Source: Nemertoderma westbladi
Taxonomy: Eukaryota; Animalia; Xenacoelomorpha
NCBI GenBank assembly: GCA_032718475.1
Contig: JAUCBJ010000106.1
Coordinates: forward strand, 1-61,393
Reading direction: 5' to 3'
Length of the DNA stretch: 61,393 nucleotides
Shown here: positions 23,615-35,825 of the stretch, one piece after another
Position numbering within the stretch: position 1 is the stretch's first letter
Layout: each line of letters starts with the position of its first letter
The notes under the pieces: model-generated
What the model was told of the DNA's origin: nothing
Database searches by the model: none
The model's input: only the letters and a program-made list of their open reading frames with translations
Position numbers and translations under genes: made by a program

Positions 23615-24904
23615 ATGACGGAATTGATAGAAGATGACCTTGGTATCAGGGAGCGATATACTCTACCTTTACAAGCGTTTGTGGATAGCTTGATACGCGG
23701 TGAAGCCGATCCGACTATTACGGAGGACGATGGTCGTTATATCGAACCGCCGATGTCCCAAGAGCAACTTACGTGTGAATTGGACTATCGAAAATTAACC
23801 GCTCGCTATATGCATCGTAATGGTACGTATATGGACTTCTTAACTACCGGCCATCCTATCGATTTACATGATACGGACGATGTAGACACCGAAAGAGAAA
23901 TGGTTCTATTTAAATATCATACCCAGCGGCGTCGTAACGATAAACCGAGAATAGATCACGAAAATTCTATTCGTAACAGACTGGGAAGACGAACCAATAT
24001 GTCTGGAATCTGAAGAGATTCAGCCTATCGCGCTCGGAACAACGACAACGATTACATCCTAGAATGGTATCAAGGTCCACAGTGTCTCACTGCGTACGAT
24101 TATCGCCATGCCAACTATGTTTCTCGGCAACGTTGTCGGTTATGCGCATCGAGAGACCATGTTACGCCCATGGACACAAACGTCCGCTGTTCCTATTTCC
24201 ACGAACAACCGGCGATGGAAATTTATTGCGCGTATTGCAGATTTAATAATTTGCATATTTTTGCGGTTTGCCCTCAATTTATGACTCAATGTCACCACTG
24301 TCAACTAAAGGGACACGCCAGTTTCGATTGCCCTTTTTAATCGCGATTTGGAAAGCGTAGATGAAATGATCACACTACGTTACATTAGAGCTTGGGAAGC
24401 GAACGCTGATTTACATCGTGATTCGCGCCATCGCTATTATCCTGGACGCGCTTACGAAGGAATTTATGCGTTCCATCCTTATCTATTCGCTTCTGTCGAA
24501 CAGAAATCACGCATATCGAGTTACAGGAAGTATATCGACGGCCTTACGAGTACCAAGCCCGCGAACGCGAGTTGGAAAGAACCATTAAACCAAGGAAGTT
24601 TCTAACTGCCTATGGTCCACCCACGGCCCTCGTTCAGACCACTCGTAAAGGACCTGTAAGAGCGGCTGTCTTGAAACGAGCTCTCAAAGCCGTTAGACCC
24701 CTCTCCCCGGACGTTGATGTCAATCAACCCAGTACTTCGACCGGCGGATATACCGATCGCAATCCCATACCTTCTGATGTAATCATATTGCACCCTTCAC
24801 CCAGGAGTTATAGCCCTCCTCGTAAAGTGGCTCGCCCCAAAGAGAAAAGGACTCTTGCTAGCTTTAAAAAGCTGCGTAAACGCCGTCCGCGCAAGAAAGA
24901 CTAA
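23615..24904 (+). pseudogene. 3' accessory ORF (~430 aa) with triple zinc knuckle; one stop and two frameshifts
   Basis: Reading through TGA 24011 gives CRLCASRDH..CAYCRFNNLHIFAVC..CHHCQLKGHASFDC. A +1 shift then gives ITLRYIRAWEANADLH and a basic C-terminal tail. Confidence 0.7.
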
Positions 24905-24982
24905 CTGTTTAGAGTATTTTTATATTTTAGAAACTGTGATTTGGTATATTTTATAGACTTAAATCCCATTTTCTGGGAGCGG

Positions 24983-26241
24983 TGTAAAAGCTTTTGTGGG
25001 ATAACTGATACGTTTGCCTTTGCTGGCCAGTTCTCCCCCAGGCGCTGGAATACTCTAAAAAGGTTTTCTAACTGTATATATATTCCCCTCGCCCGCAAGG
25101 TACCTTTACAGGTGTTTTAACGGACATAAAAATCATTCTGCTATATACGTGTTTTGGCGGACATGGTAAGGCAAAAAGCTTGTGGTGCACCAGCTACCTT
25201 TCACAGCTTAGCCGTGATGATTCATATTACGACATCTAGCAGCTGGTTGCTGACATGGAAACAGCCATTGGACGCGTGGTTCTTTGTTTGGCTTGGGCCA
25301 ATCAGGGCGGTTTTTCCTGTCGACGTGTAGCTTTTCTGCCGATCATAAGGAGAGTGTTCTGTCTTACTGTTTTACTTGTTACTTTGTTGTTATTGCTGTC
25401 TAAGCCAGAAACACCGGCCTTTTGGGAATAACTCTAGTAAACTGCTTGAATTATCGAAAGTATAAACTGTTACCGAATCGAATCACAATTAATTAATCAA
25501 TCAAATCGAAAGACAGCATTAACTCACTTAATTTAATTGCATTAATCATATTGTTTGTACTGTTATTTTACCGTCAGTTATTAATTGTACCTATTTGTTG
25601 ATGGAAATATTGCTATTTGGATAATACGGATAAATCACCCAATTCCCAATTTTCTTGATAACACTACAGGTTAGAGAGACCGGCTATACATAACAATTGC
25701 GATTTATATTAATGTGGTGTGTATTGAATCCAATGTTATTTAGCAGACCCTACGTGAGTCAATTACTGCTCTCTTTATGTGTGATCAAATGTACTGACTG
25801 TCGGCAGAATAGTGTGTATGATTGAGATTGGTAACAAAGTATTTCCTAAAGAATACGCTTTATACTTTAATCATAAGCAGTATCGTTGCGTTTTAGTATA
25901 AGTCTTAGTTCTGTTTAAATAGATAAAGCGCCACGTCCTAAAGGAACTGTTAATATTTCCCGAAAGCCAATAATATCTGTCAGAGATTAATTATTAACGA
26001 TCTATCGAATAATACAGTAAGTTTACACTGCAACCTTACACTGTAATAATACAATTCAAGCATCCGAATTCAGTCTCCCGGGTGTAGATCCATCGGGTGA
26101 ATGATCGCGCATGGGCTGACTTCGGCTAATGTTTTGCGTATTAGCATAAAATATTGTCGTATGCTAAAGTGGTTTTAATTAACTAGAAGACATATAAATT
26201 TTGGCAGGTTAAACTGCTAAAGGTCTTCAAAAGCGCGAACA
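24983..26241 (+). repeat. 3' LTR (1259 bp)
   Basis: Copy of 14247-15505 with about six substitutions seen by eye. Confidence 0.97.
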
Positions 26242-26391
26242 CGGTCTTTCTGTCAGTCAGTCTTTCAAAACTTAAAAAGTTAGTTTGTATTCTTTTTTAG
26301 TTTTGACAAACTGACTGACAGAAAGACCGACAGACAGACAGACTAGATTTATTTAAATGTAAAACTGATATCAGAAATGAAATTACCGACC

Positions 26392-27899
26392 TGATGACGT
26401 CACCAACACTTACGTTGACAAGATAGTTAACCTAACTAGATCATGGACGGAAGAGTGCCGCAAGTTTACATGGCTCAAACGTTTGAGACAATATGCCAGA
26501 GGCAAAAACGACTTTCCAAGAAGACTTCCCTTGGCTGAAATTGGTAATTGTGAAGTTGATATTATAAAACATTATCAATTGCGATATTTCGCACAAGAGT
26601 TCAGAGCGATCAATCAGGGTAAACAGATCAAGTCTTCACCGATCTTGAGTTGGAGTCCAATAATCTACAAGGGTTACTTTGTCACAAGTCCAGACTCCAA
26701 AACATTGACTTCGTACTAGACTTTAGGTATCCTATCATGAGTTACAGCGCGCTATGATACTGGATGCACATGTACGACTCAAACACGTAGGTAGACACCA
26801 CTGTCTATCACACTTACGCTCGAGGTTTGTACTGATTAGGCCTAGTAAGGCACTGAGTTCGGTAACACGGAACTGTGTGATTTGTAAGAAGGTGCACGCG
26901 AGGATAGGACACCAAGAAATGAGTGAACTACCATTAGCTAGATTACAGGCATTTAGACCCCCTTTCACTGAGACAGGGATAGACTGTTTTGGACCCATAA
27001 TCGCGAAACGCGGAAGGGTACAGGTAAAACGCTTGGGATTAATCTTCACCTGCAATATCGCGGAAATATTGAACGTGTGACAGATTTAACCACCAACGCC
27101 TTTATCCTAGCCTTACGGCGATTTATCGCTAGACGTGGATTGGTCAAATCCATCTATTGCGACCAAGGGACTAACCTTGTGGGTACAAGGAATGAAATCT
27201 CCAGAGCCTTAAGGAGGTTGGACCAAAATCATATTTCCGACTAACTACGTCCTCACAATATTGTCTGGAGCTTTAACACTTCTGACAGTCCGTGGAGAGG
27301 CGGAGTTTGGGAGAGATTAATTGGGTCAATCAAAACGGCAATGGCGAAAGTAATACCAACGCAATGCATTTTGACAGACGACCAATTGACGACGTTGTTA
27401 ATAGAAATCGAGGGGGTTCTGAACACAAGACCCATCGCTTTGATCCCAGACAACAACGACTCACAGTTTGCCTTGACACCAGCGCACCAGTGTGCTTATG
27501 CAGGCGCCGACAACATTGTTGCCCACTTCGGTACCTGTCGATAGTGACGGTAACGGCAACAAAGCTTGGAAAATCACTCAATTATTAGCCAACAAATTCT
27601 GGGAAATATGGCAGAAACACTATTTGCCCTCTATTTCGGCCAGAACCTCTTGGTATCTTAATACCCGATGTCTGAAACGAGGTGATCATGTTTTATTGGC
27701 TGAAACCAATTTGAGACGACGGTTTTGGCTGACTGGAGTCATTTTGACCACACACCCGACATCAAGTGTAGTAAGGACAGTTAGTGTACGGACTATTGAT
27801 GGTCGTACCGTAGATAGGCCTGTACAACGTCTCGTGCTCCTTGAGGAGACTAGAAACGAGACGGGAGACTACAAATCTCCACCCAACATTTGTAAATAG
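26392..27899 (+). pseudogene. BEL/Pao integrase (HHCC, DDE core, DUF5641-like C-terminus), frameshifted
   Basis: AHVRLKHVG..CVICKK; GIDCFGP; IYCDQGTN; PWRGGVWERLI; EGVLNTRP; FWEIWQKHYL..RPVQRLVLL, spread over several frames. Confidence 0.93.
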
Positions 27900-28552
27900 A
27901 TATGTGGGACCCTTGATGATCGCCACATAGCCTTACCGTATTCTAGTATTTTGTATTAGTGTACATCTTCGTATTCCTCTTCACAGTAGATTAAAGACAG
28001 CGGTGGAATTCCATTGTCTTTTTATGTGAACATGGAGGGTAGTACCCTTATGTATCACATAGGAGCGGGATTGTGTGTACAGTAGGAATGGAATTCCACT
28101 TGGAACCCACAAATGAGACAATTTTTCAAAAATTTAGACAAATCCATTCATTTGGATATAGATTTAAGAAAAATGATTCTCCAGTGGACGGAATCTAGGA
28201 TATGGTTGGATGGAACCAAAATTGGGGAGTGACAAGAGCGGATGGAAGGTTTGCGAGCCTACCGACATTTTTTTTGGAAAATAAAATTGGCCTTGTTCTA
28301 AAGTCGTGTCTATTATTATATTTTAGTCTGATTAATTCTCGACAGCTTTATTTTGGGGAGTAGTTTGGGATTAAAAGGTGAGTATTTTAGACTCAAGGCT
28401 AGTTTACCCGGAATTCGTTTTTTTTATTGGCACATTTTTTTTGGATTACGAGCCAGTGCGAAATCACGCAGAACCTGAAATCTTAGGCAAATGGGTAGGG
28501 GTTTTAGAGCAAAGTTGAGCCAAAAGCCGACAAACTCTAAGTATCCTCACAT

Positions 28553-28578
28553 CTAACCTCTGTTTGTGCTTCCTCTAG
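28553..28578 (+). promoter_or_regulatory. Splice acceptor for the 3' accessory ORF
   Basis: Branch-like CTAAC, pyrimidine tract CTCTGTTTGTGCTTCCTCT, then AG, ~40 nt upstream of ATG 28618. Confidence 0.55.
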
Positions 28579-28617
28579 TAGAACGTAACGATACGTAACC
28601 ATATATACGCATATATA

Positions 28618-30054
28618 ATGGCTGAGAAGATGTATAAGGAGTTCCCACAGCGATTCACGCAGGAGCAGGAGCTCCAGGCGCCATTTAATCGATATGGAGC
28701 CAAGAACTTTAACATGTTTAGAGTTGAGAGTATGGCGAGAAGTACAGCCAAGCTCGCAAAGTCCAAGGCGGATCCAAACGTCACGCGACAGCGACTAGAC
28801 GCCTATAACAAGAGAGCGGAGGAGTTACGCGCGGAGTTCAATGCATTGTACCCCTATGATGCGATATACGACGCCAGCGACATTTGCGAGGACCCTGACA
28901 TGGAGATACGCCGATTATATCACATGCTGCAACATTTGATGGCGAGTGAACCCTTGCCTGCAGCTAGGGACGGATTTGATGGGATGCATCTTTATAGATG
29001 CACTCGAGGAGCGGATCCGGAAACCAAGGAATTGTTCTCCATTTATAAACTGTTCTATAAATGTGGAGGATGTATGCGTGCGCAAGACAATGCGATTCCT
29101 ATGAGCTTGAACCCGGAGAACCCTGAGCCGATATTAGCGCTTTGCCCAAACCATCAGAGTCTGCGTTACCAAGAAGGTGGATACCCTTTGACGAATCCGT
29201 ACCACTCGTTTAAGATGAGTGGACCGAACGCAGGCGAAATTGTCATTTATGAACCCAAATTAGTCGAACCAGCCATCTACAGTATGGTAATAGACAAGTC
29301 TAATAAGTCGACACAAGAGAAACGGGAAGCTCTAAGCTTGTATAGGGCGTACAAGGCATACGAGAAAGGCGAGATCGAGGAGTTCGGTGGAAGACTTGCG
29401 AGCCTACCATTCTATTGGATATCCTACGATCAAACCGAACCCAAGGAGATGACACCTGAACTCTTCGATAGTATAACCTTTGCTCACCGTTTGTCGCAGA
29501 GACTACAAATACCTCACGTCGAGATGACACGCGAGTCTCAACCCCACCCTACCAAAACGTTAGTGCCGGTCACAAGGACATCTAACTTTCCTATTAGCAT
29601 ACCGACCCAAGAGGAGACGACCTATGAGATCCCCATAGTGGAACACGCGGAGATCATTTCAAACCTGGATTTCCTCCCATCGGCAACGTTTGGCGATGTG
29701 TTAGAGGCGGCGGAGTTGCATAGAACAATAGTTCGGAAAATCGTACGCAACATGCCTCCACATATTACTGACTTTGAGAAAGTTGATCGCGCGGGGACAG
29801 ATATCACACCTTGCATCCTGCGAGGGTATTTGGCGAAGACGATTCGATTATGGATTGTAGTCGGAACATTCGAAACCGACACCGACATCGCGACCAATTG
29901 GACAGGGAAACCTATTAGCCTCGACGACGAGAAGTCTATTGGGAGGATTTGGAACCCTACCGACGATTTACTCGTCGATTGGGATGCGACGAGTCGATCT
30001 CTGCAAGAGAATGGATATATGTTTTACGATAATGAAGGAGGAAGCCATCAGTAG
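28618..30054 (+). CDS. Unknown protein; N-terminal part of the BEL element's accessory ORF2
   Basis: 478-codon open frame with coding-like composition. Possible Zn site CGGC...CPNH; no signal peptide or TM segment. The same frame continues through two stops into 30136-30471. Confidence 0.7.
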   Translation: MAEKMYKEFPQRFTQEQELQAPFNRYGAKNFNMFRVESMARSTAKLAKSKADPNVTRQRLDAYNKRAEELRAEFNALYPYDAIYDASDICEDPDMEIRRLYHMLQHLMASEPLPAARDGFDGMHLYRCTRGADPETKELFSIYKLFYKCGGCMRAQDNAIPMSLNPENPEPILALCPNHQSLRYQEGGYPLTNPYHSFKMSGPNAGEIVIYEPKLVEPAIYSMVIDKSNKSTQEKREALSLYRAYKAYEKGEIEEFGGRLASLPFYWISYDQTEPKEMTPELFDSITFAHRLSQRLQIPHVEMTRESQPHPTKTLVPVTRTSNFPISIPTQEETTYEIPIVEHAEIISNLDFLPSATFGDVLEAAELHRTIVRKIVRNMPPHITDFEKVDRAGTDITPCILRGYLAKTIRLWIVVGTFETDTDIATNWTGKPISLDDEKSIGRIWNPTDDLLVDWDATSRSLQENGYMFYDNEGGSHQ

Positions 30055-31932
30055 AGCCTCACTTCAAAGACCATACAAAATCGAGCACCGGACGGAGTGC
30101 TACACGTCTTCAGTCGACAGAGGAATGATTGAAAGATGTCGATGCCGGAAGGAATGACGCAAAGACATGCCATGATAAAACGGATAATTAAATCTATGGA
30201 CCTAGCTTGTAGCATAGAGGCTAGGATGGTGACAAAGGCCGTGCGCGATGTTGTACTTGATAAGAGTATCGTCAAGAGTGGATCCAGTATATGGGAGGAC
30301 CTTATTAGTGATTTCGCAGGAATGCCTGAGGAGGAGGATCGATTGCCTATACCTGATGTGGATACTAGACCATTGTTGCTTTGGGCCACTGAGCAAGGAT
30401 ATTTTCGGGAATATAACACGCTTAAAACTGGAATGGGTTATATCTATCTATATGTTCAGTTGGGATTATAAGGAGAGCAAGAGGAGCAAATACACAGACA
30501 TATACGGTGAGGGAGATACCGCCAACTTGAACGAGTTTGAGTCACAGCTAAAGTGCGAGGATGTGTATACTGGGTGATCACCTCACCTCCGCGGATAATC
30601 TTGCAATACTATTTGGCGATCAAATCATCAATAAATGTGTGTTTCATCGCAGATGTAGTGTCTAGGACTTTAAAGCGACATCCGTTATGTCTCAGTGGAG
30701 GACACACAGTTTACGAGGGAGGAAGGACGCATACTGACGTATTCCGCCGATTTCTCCAACCATTTTACAACACCGATGCCCACTGTGAAGTTTTCACGCG
30801 AGCGGGATTCAGCGTTTTTAGGGATGTTTATCTCACCCACGCGGGAAGCCTAGTCGACAGACCGTCGATGTTGACGTTAGTACCCTACAACGGGGAACGC
30901 CACACGGAGATTAAGGGCCTGGAAGGATGTTGGAAGGCGCGCGCGCCTACCGCTCATCATCCCGATGAGGATCCGACCGAGTCTGCGATAATCGACGAAC
31001 CGTTGCGGCAACTCATTAAGATAGAGAATAATCTTCCGAGGAAGACGCGAACCGAGATATGCAAGCTAGAGAAGGGCGACGTCATGGTTTGTGTGCAACC
31101 TACGGAGACGAACATACCGACTAACCCCGATGATGAAGACTATGACATGGACAGTAGCGCTCACCCCCATCGGAGATCTCATCTATGAGCGAGTTTGGTA
31201 TCCTGCCAAAACCATTTGTGGCAGATGCGGGGCTACTGGCCATCACGCAAAGAAATGAGGAGCTAAACATATATCTCTACCAGATTTAGTGTGCAACTGG
31301 TGTGGGGATCAACGGTCACACACTTCCTACACCTGCTGGCGCTTTGTAGCTCACTGTACGTATTGCAACATCAAAGGACATAGGGCGTCTGAGTGCTAAT
31401 TTAGGGACATTCCCTATGAGCATATGTTGGTTCAGATCACCCGACAGCTATTTGACCATTGGGAGAATTTAGCAGATGAGCATGTGTCGGTGCAACGACG
31501 CCGTTTCCCCATGAGAGCACATTTCTCTCTCACATCTCTCTCATTATGTCGAAGGAAGGATACGTGTCAGCTATGCCTCAATACAACGAACTCTTAGAGG
31601 TGCTAGACATATTGCCATTGGATAGCAGCTTCAAAGTCATGAGGGATTATTTCCTACAGGTCCACCCAGATAATAAGAACACTTGGAACTTTCAAACCGT
31701 GGTGAACAAAATTACCGCCTGAGAGTTCGATAAATTGCGAGTCGAACAGCGGAATCGGGGAGCCTGGCATTCGATAGCCTGGGCTTACAGGAGTGCATTT
31801 TATCAAAAACGTGTGATCTCGTGTATCTTAGACGAGGCAGATGTCTTGCGTGTGACTGGCTTCAAGGCCACACCGTTACCCGAAAGGATACGCAACCCTC
31901 AGGAAGACCAGTCCAGACCAGACCATATCTAG
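30055..31932 (+). pseudogene. Degraded continuation of ORF2 including triple zinc knuckle
   Basis: Fragments 30136-30471 and 30553-31188. From 31130: CGRCGATGHHAKK*..CNWCGDQRSHTSYTC..CTYCNIKGHRASEC*..ITRQLFDHWENLADEH. Confidence 0.7.
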
Positions 31933-32358
31933 ACCAGTAGGACGAACTTTTCAGATCGTCAGGCGGACACTTTGGGACTTATTTGGAACTATTTTAGCGT
32001 ATTGAGTTTGTTTATATTGAACTGATTTAATTTGGTAAATTTAATATGTATATTAGCAATATTATATTATGGAAATGTTTAGAATTATTTGCCTTAATTT
32101 GTTAATTTGTTTTACTTTGGATAACCGAAGCCCTTTTTTATATTTTATGCACTAAATTAGCTAGTAAATTTGTATTTTGTATTTGTATGTATGAAGGTTT
32201 TGTATTTACGCAGTACTTGCAATATTGAGTATGCAATAGGTAAAGACAGTGAGTATTTTTATATTTTAGGCCCTACCCTAGATTTCAGAGATATTTTTGC
32301 TAATTATTTTGTGTCTCGATTGGTGAAAACAGTCTTACTTACTGTTTTCATGGAGCGG

Positions 32359-33805
32359 TGTTGGATTATTTCACTGTTAAGTAGCAATCTACAGTACCGC
32401 TTAAAAACTTTTTAAATCCGACGTATTTTGACTTGATTTGTAGTAATGTAATATGCCTACTTCCTATTAGTAGATATTAGTTCACTAGTGAATCTATTGG
32501 CGCTGTGGTCAGATGGGTTAAGGCGTTTGGTTACATTCTAGGTAGGGGTTCGAATCTCGGTCGGGAAATTTGCATTTTTGGGCTATTAAATTTTCGGTTT
32601 CATTGGATTAGATCCAATCCAACACATGGAACGATGGGTTGGGCCAATCATAGGGCATTTAATAACTTATTGCTCCAATGTGCGGCCATGGAATGTTGTC
32701 AAATGTTCTAGTTAATTCCATGCCTAGGATTTGATATATAAGGGGCTGTTTGCCCTTCGGTTATCACTTGACTGCAAAAAAATGATATCTCTTGCACAAT
32801 ATCACTTTCACTTACCTTGACTTAACTTATCTTACTTATTGTTATTTGTAAAGTAAAATTGATAAGTCTTTTGTAATTACGTTAATATACTGTGAACTCT
32901 TGAACATGTATATTTTAACGTGTCCACATTTGGGACAGCCAAACACTTGGAGAATGGGTGCCTAAACCGTTAGGCCTTCAGCAACGCAGGGAAAAGATGT
33001 CCGCAACACACTAAGCGCCCACATTAGTTTCGCCCGCGCGCCCGTTCGAAGTATGACCTCTTGCCATACAGCGCCCACTTCAGAGGAAGGTAAGACTTTG
33101 TTTGACGCCCTTGCCCGCAGTAAGACCTTAGATCAGGGTAAAGCATGACGCCATCCTGGGACGCCGTAAAATTTAAGATTAAATATCTCAGATTCAGACA
33201 GGAAAAACTCTGGATCAATCTGTATATCCTACAGGTGTGAGCTGTTGCTGTTCGTTAGTACGCGCAAGTACACTTTAGGTGCGGATAGCACATGCTCTAT
33301 AATTTGGTGATTTGCAGTACTGACAGTACAGTACCGGTTCACTTTGTAGCCCATATAGTTTGCCCGCCCTGTCTGAGTCCAAAATATTTGATCAGGCGAG
33401 GCTTTCTGCTACCGGCACATGCTTGGCCTACGGAGGTTTACTAACATCCTACCGCGCCCTTGCCACGTACTGACAGGTATTTACTGCTAACCACCGCAAA
33501 AACAAAGTTCTTGAATCAAATTTGTATACCAGATCAGCTAACGTACGTTAGTAATTAACACCTATGCTCTTATCTCACAATCAGAATCTGGTATTAGTGC
33601 CGATCACGGGTGTAGTTACTAACACCGTAATTGCCCGGTTGAGTTGTGGATAAGGAGGAGAGAGCTTTGACGTCAGTTTGTAAGTATTGAGCCTACATCG
33701 TGCGACTAGCTATTTCGAGTAGCTAGCGCCCGGCATTGTTATTTTGATTAAAATCACTAAAACCTAGTATAACGGCGATATACCAAAATTGTTTTATTCG
33801 CAACA
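32359..33805 (+). repeat. Probable 3' LTR of the second BEL element
   Basis: Begins TGT after GGAGCGG; CCAAT boxes and TATATAA at ~32735. The end is inferred. Confidence 0.6.
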
Positions 33806-34024
33806 CACACACGCGTCCTGAAACACACACGCCTTTTGAGACCTACTAGCTACCGATTACAATAGGTTACCGTTTCAGTGGGATTTATCTTACAGTTTCT
33901 ACTATTCTGTAGTTTGTAATTTGAGGAGATATTTAATATTTCGTTTTACGGCACAAGAGGTATTTTGGGGCACCCCCTTTTGACCCTTTTGACCCTTTTG
34001 ACTGCTATTTTCCTTTGAGTTACG

Positions 34025-34937
34025 CGGCACTAGTGTGTTATAGGTACACCACCCCCCCTCAAATTTTTTTAACTAGCTAGTTTTTGCTATTTCTTTTTAT
34101 GAACATGTTCTAGAACATGTTAGCTATTAAAAAAAATATATATATATGTTCTAGAAAAAAATATTTTTTGTTCTAGAACAATTAAAAAAATTAATGTACT
34201 ATTTTTATTTTTTAATAATGTTCTAGAACATATTAGCTATTCAGAACTAGAAAAAAAAAGTTCTAGAGCAAATAGTTTTTGATCTACAGTAGAACAGTTC
34301 AAAAAATATAAAATTTTTTTTAATTTTATTTAGAATTTGTTTCATATAATTTTTAATCGTTGCTGGCAAGATGGGTTTGGGAGGGGGGGTTAGCTAGTAT
34401 TTTTTTAATAGCTAATTAAAATTAACAAAATTCACTGTATTGAGGTCATTATATTCAGAAATTAATGATATGCTTAGAATACGTATACTGTATAATATTT
34501 ATTATTTAGCAGACAGCGGGTAATATTTTCTGATCATATCCAACAGAGCAGAAATTGGGTTTTCTTTGTGTAGAAGCTTCTATCGAAACCCTGCTAGTTG
34601 TTGGGCGAAAGTCAAATCTTAGCTATAGAAATTCGATTATTCTAGAAAATTCACTTTCCTTGACATCAAATAAAACATAACTAACAAAAAATAAAATTTG
34701 TAAGATTTTTTTAAAATTTGTTCTAGTACAAAAAATACTTGTTCTAGAACAAAAAATATTTGTTCTAGAACAAAAAATATTTGTTCTAGAACAAAAAATA
34801 TTTATTCTAGAACATCTTCTTATTATTTTTCAAATGTATCTCATGTTCTAGAACATTTCATAAAAAGAAATAGCAAAAACTAGCTAGTAAAAAAATTTTA
34901 TTTTCAGAGGGGGTGTACCTATAACACACTAGTACCG
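34025..34937. mobile_element. MITE with ~95-bp TIRs and GTTCTAGAAC palindrome arrays
   Basis: CGGCACTAGTGTGTTATAGGTACACC... / ...GTGTACCTATAACACACTAGTACCG; 21-bp tandem TTGTTCTAGAACAAAAAATAT at 34718-34815. Confidence 0.8.
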
Positions 34938-35433
34938 GTTAGAGGCCGGGTATCCTGTTTTGTCTAGTTCGCCCGGGCATTTGACTCGCCCACGTATTAG
35001 AATAGACATCAGGCTCCGTTCCCCCGCCAGTAGTAGTTTGCGTACTTGGTATCTGTTTATTTAGACACCCTGGACTGGGATTTGTTGTCAGATACTGTAC
35101 GAGCCCGTATACACTGCTTGATTCTACAGTAAGGTACATCGTTACTAGGAACCGGTAGGCGGTAGGCGGTACACTACTGGACTTTTCAGTAGGAGATATT
35201 CTATAGTCTAATATTAGTAGATTAGAGGGACTGTAGAATACCCGCTGTTGGAAAGGCTCTAAAAGGTACATTTAAAAATCATAAAATGTAGCCACGAGCG
35301 GAATTGACCACAATTTTTTTTAGAGGGGGGGGGGGGGGGGGGGGGGTGTGTGTGCCCAAAACACAGTACACAGTAGTACAAAGATACCTAACCCGATCAA
35401 TCAGTCAAACTTTAAGTTAATTGGGTGCATTAC

Positions 35434-35825
35434 AGTAGTATGGTAAACAGCTGAAATAAAACAGCGTCTGCCAAAGTCTACCATGTTAAAGAATTTGCCG
35501 AACGGCTCTTGCCCCGCCTACTTACTATGATTACTATTGTTGCCCCACCCACTTACTATGGTTACCATGGTTATCATTGTGCATATGTAACATATGTCAC
35601 CACTGTGTATATGTGACATATGTGGTATAAGGCTAGTCCGCAGACGGAAGTAATTTAATTAATTCGTGTCTACCGGTTGGCGTTTGACCTTGAACCGCAA
35701 TAGGTAAAACCCAATATCGCTAAGCAACAAGTTGTGGGGCGAGCCGCGAATTGGGTGTAAGGTTATAGTATTTATAATATTATTTTTAATTTGATTATTA
35801 TACTTAAATCCATCACCATTACTAT
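35434..35825 (+). repeat. Left TIR
   Basis: Reverse complement of 54330-54711 with about 7 substitutions and 2 indels by eye. Confidence 0.95.

Larger units (their letters stand above)
14247..26241 (+). mobile_element. BEL/Pao LTR retrotransposon, non-autonomous (RT and integrase deleted)
   Basis: Two 1259-bp TGT...ACA LTRs; 5-bp TSD CGGTC (14242-14246 and 26242-26246); purine tract GGGAGCGG before the 3' LTR; BEL-type gag. Confidence 0.97.
26392..33805 (+). mobile_element. Second BEL/Pao LTR retrotransposon, 5'-truncated
   Basis: Integrase remnant, long 3' accessory ORF, and the same TGGAGCGG|TGT junction as element 1 at 32351-32361. The right end (~33805, ...TTCGCAACA) is uncertain. Confidence 0.8.

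Noticed and set aside
24330-24360. Programmed -1 frameshift at C CCT TTT
   Set aside because: The -1 frame stops within a few codons; the homologous continuation is in the +1 frame, consistent with one extra T.
28618-30054. Envelope glycoprotein
   Set aside because: No signal peptide, TM anchor or cysteine pattern of a fusion protein is visible.
34939-35271. 110-aa minus-strand ORF or extra host exon
   Set aside because: No recognisable motif or convincing splice sites.
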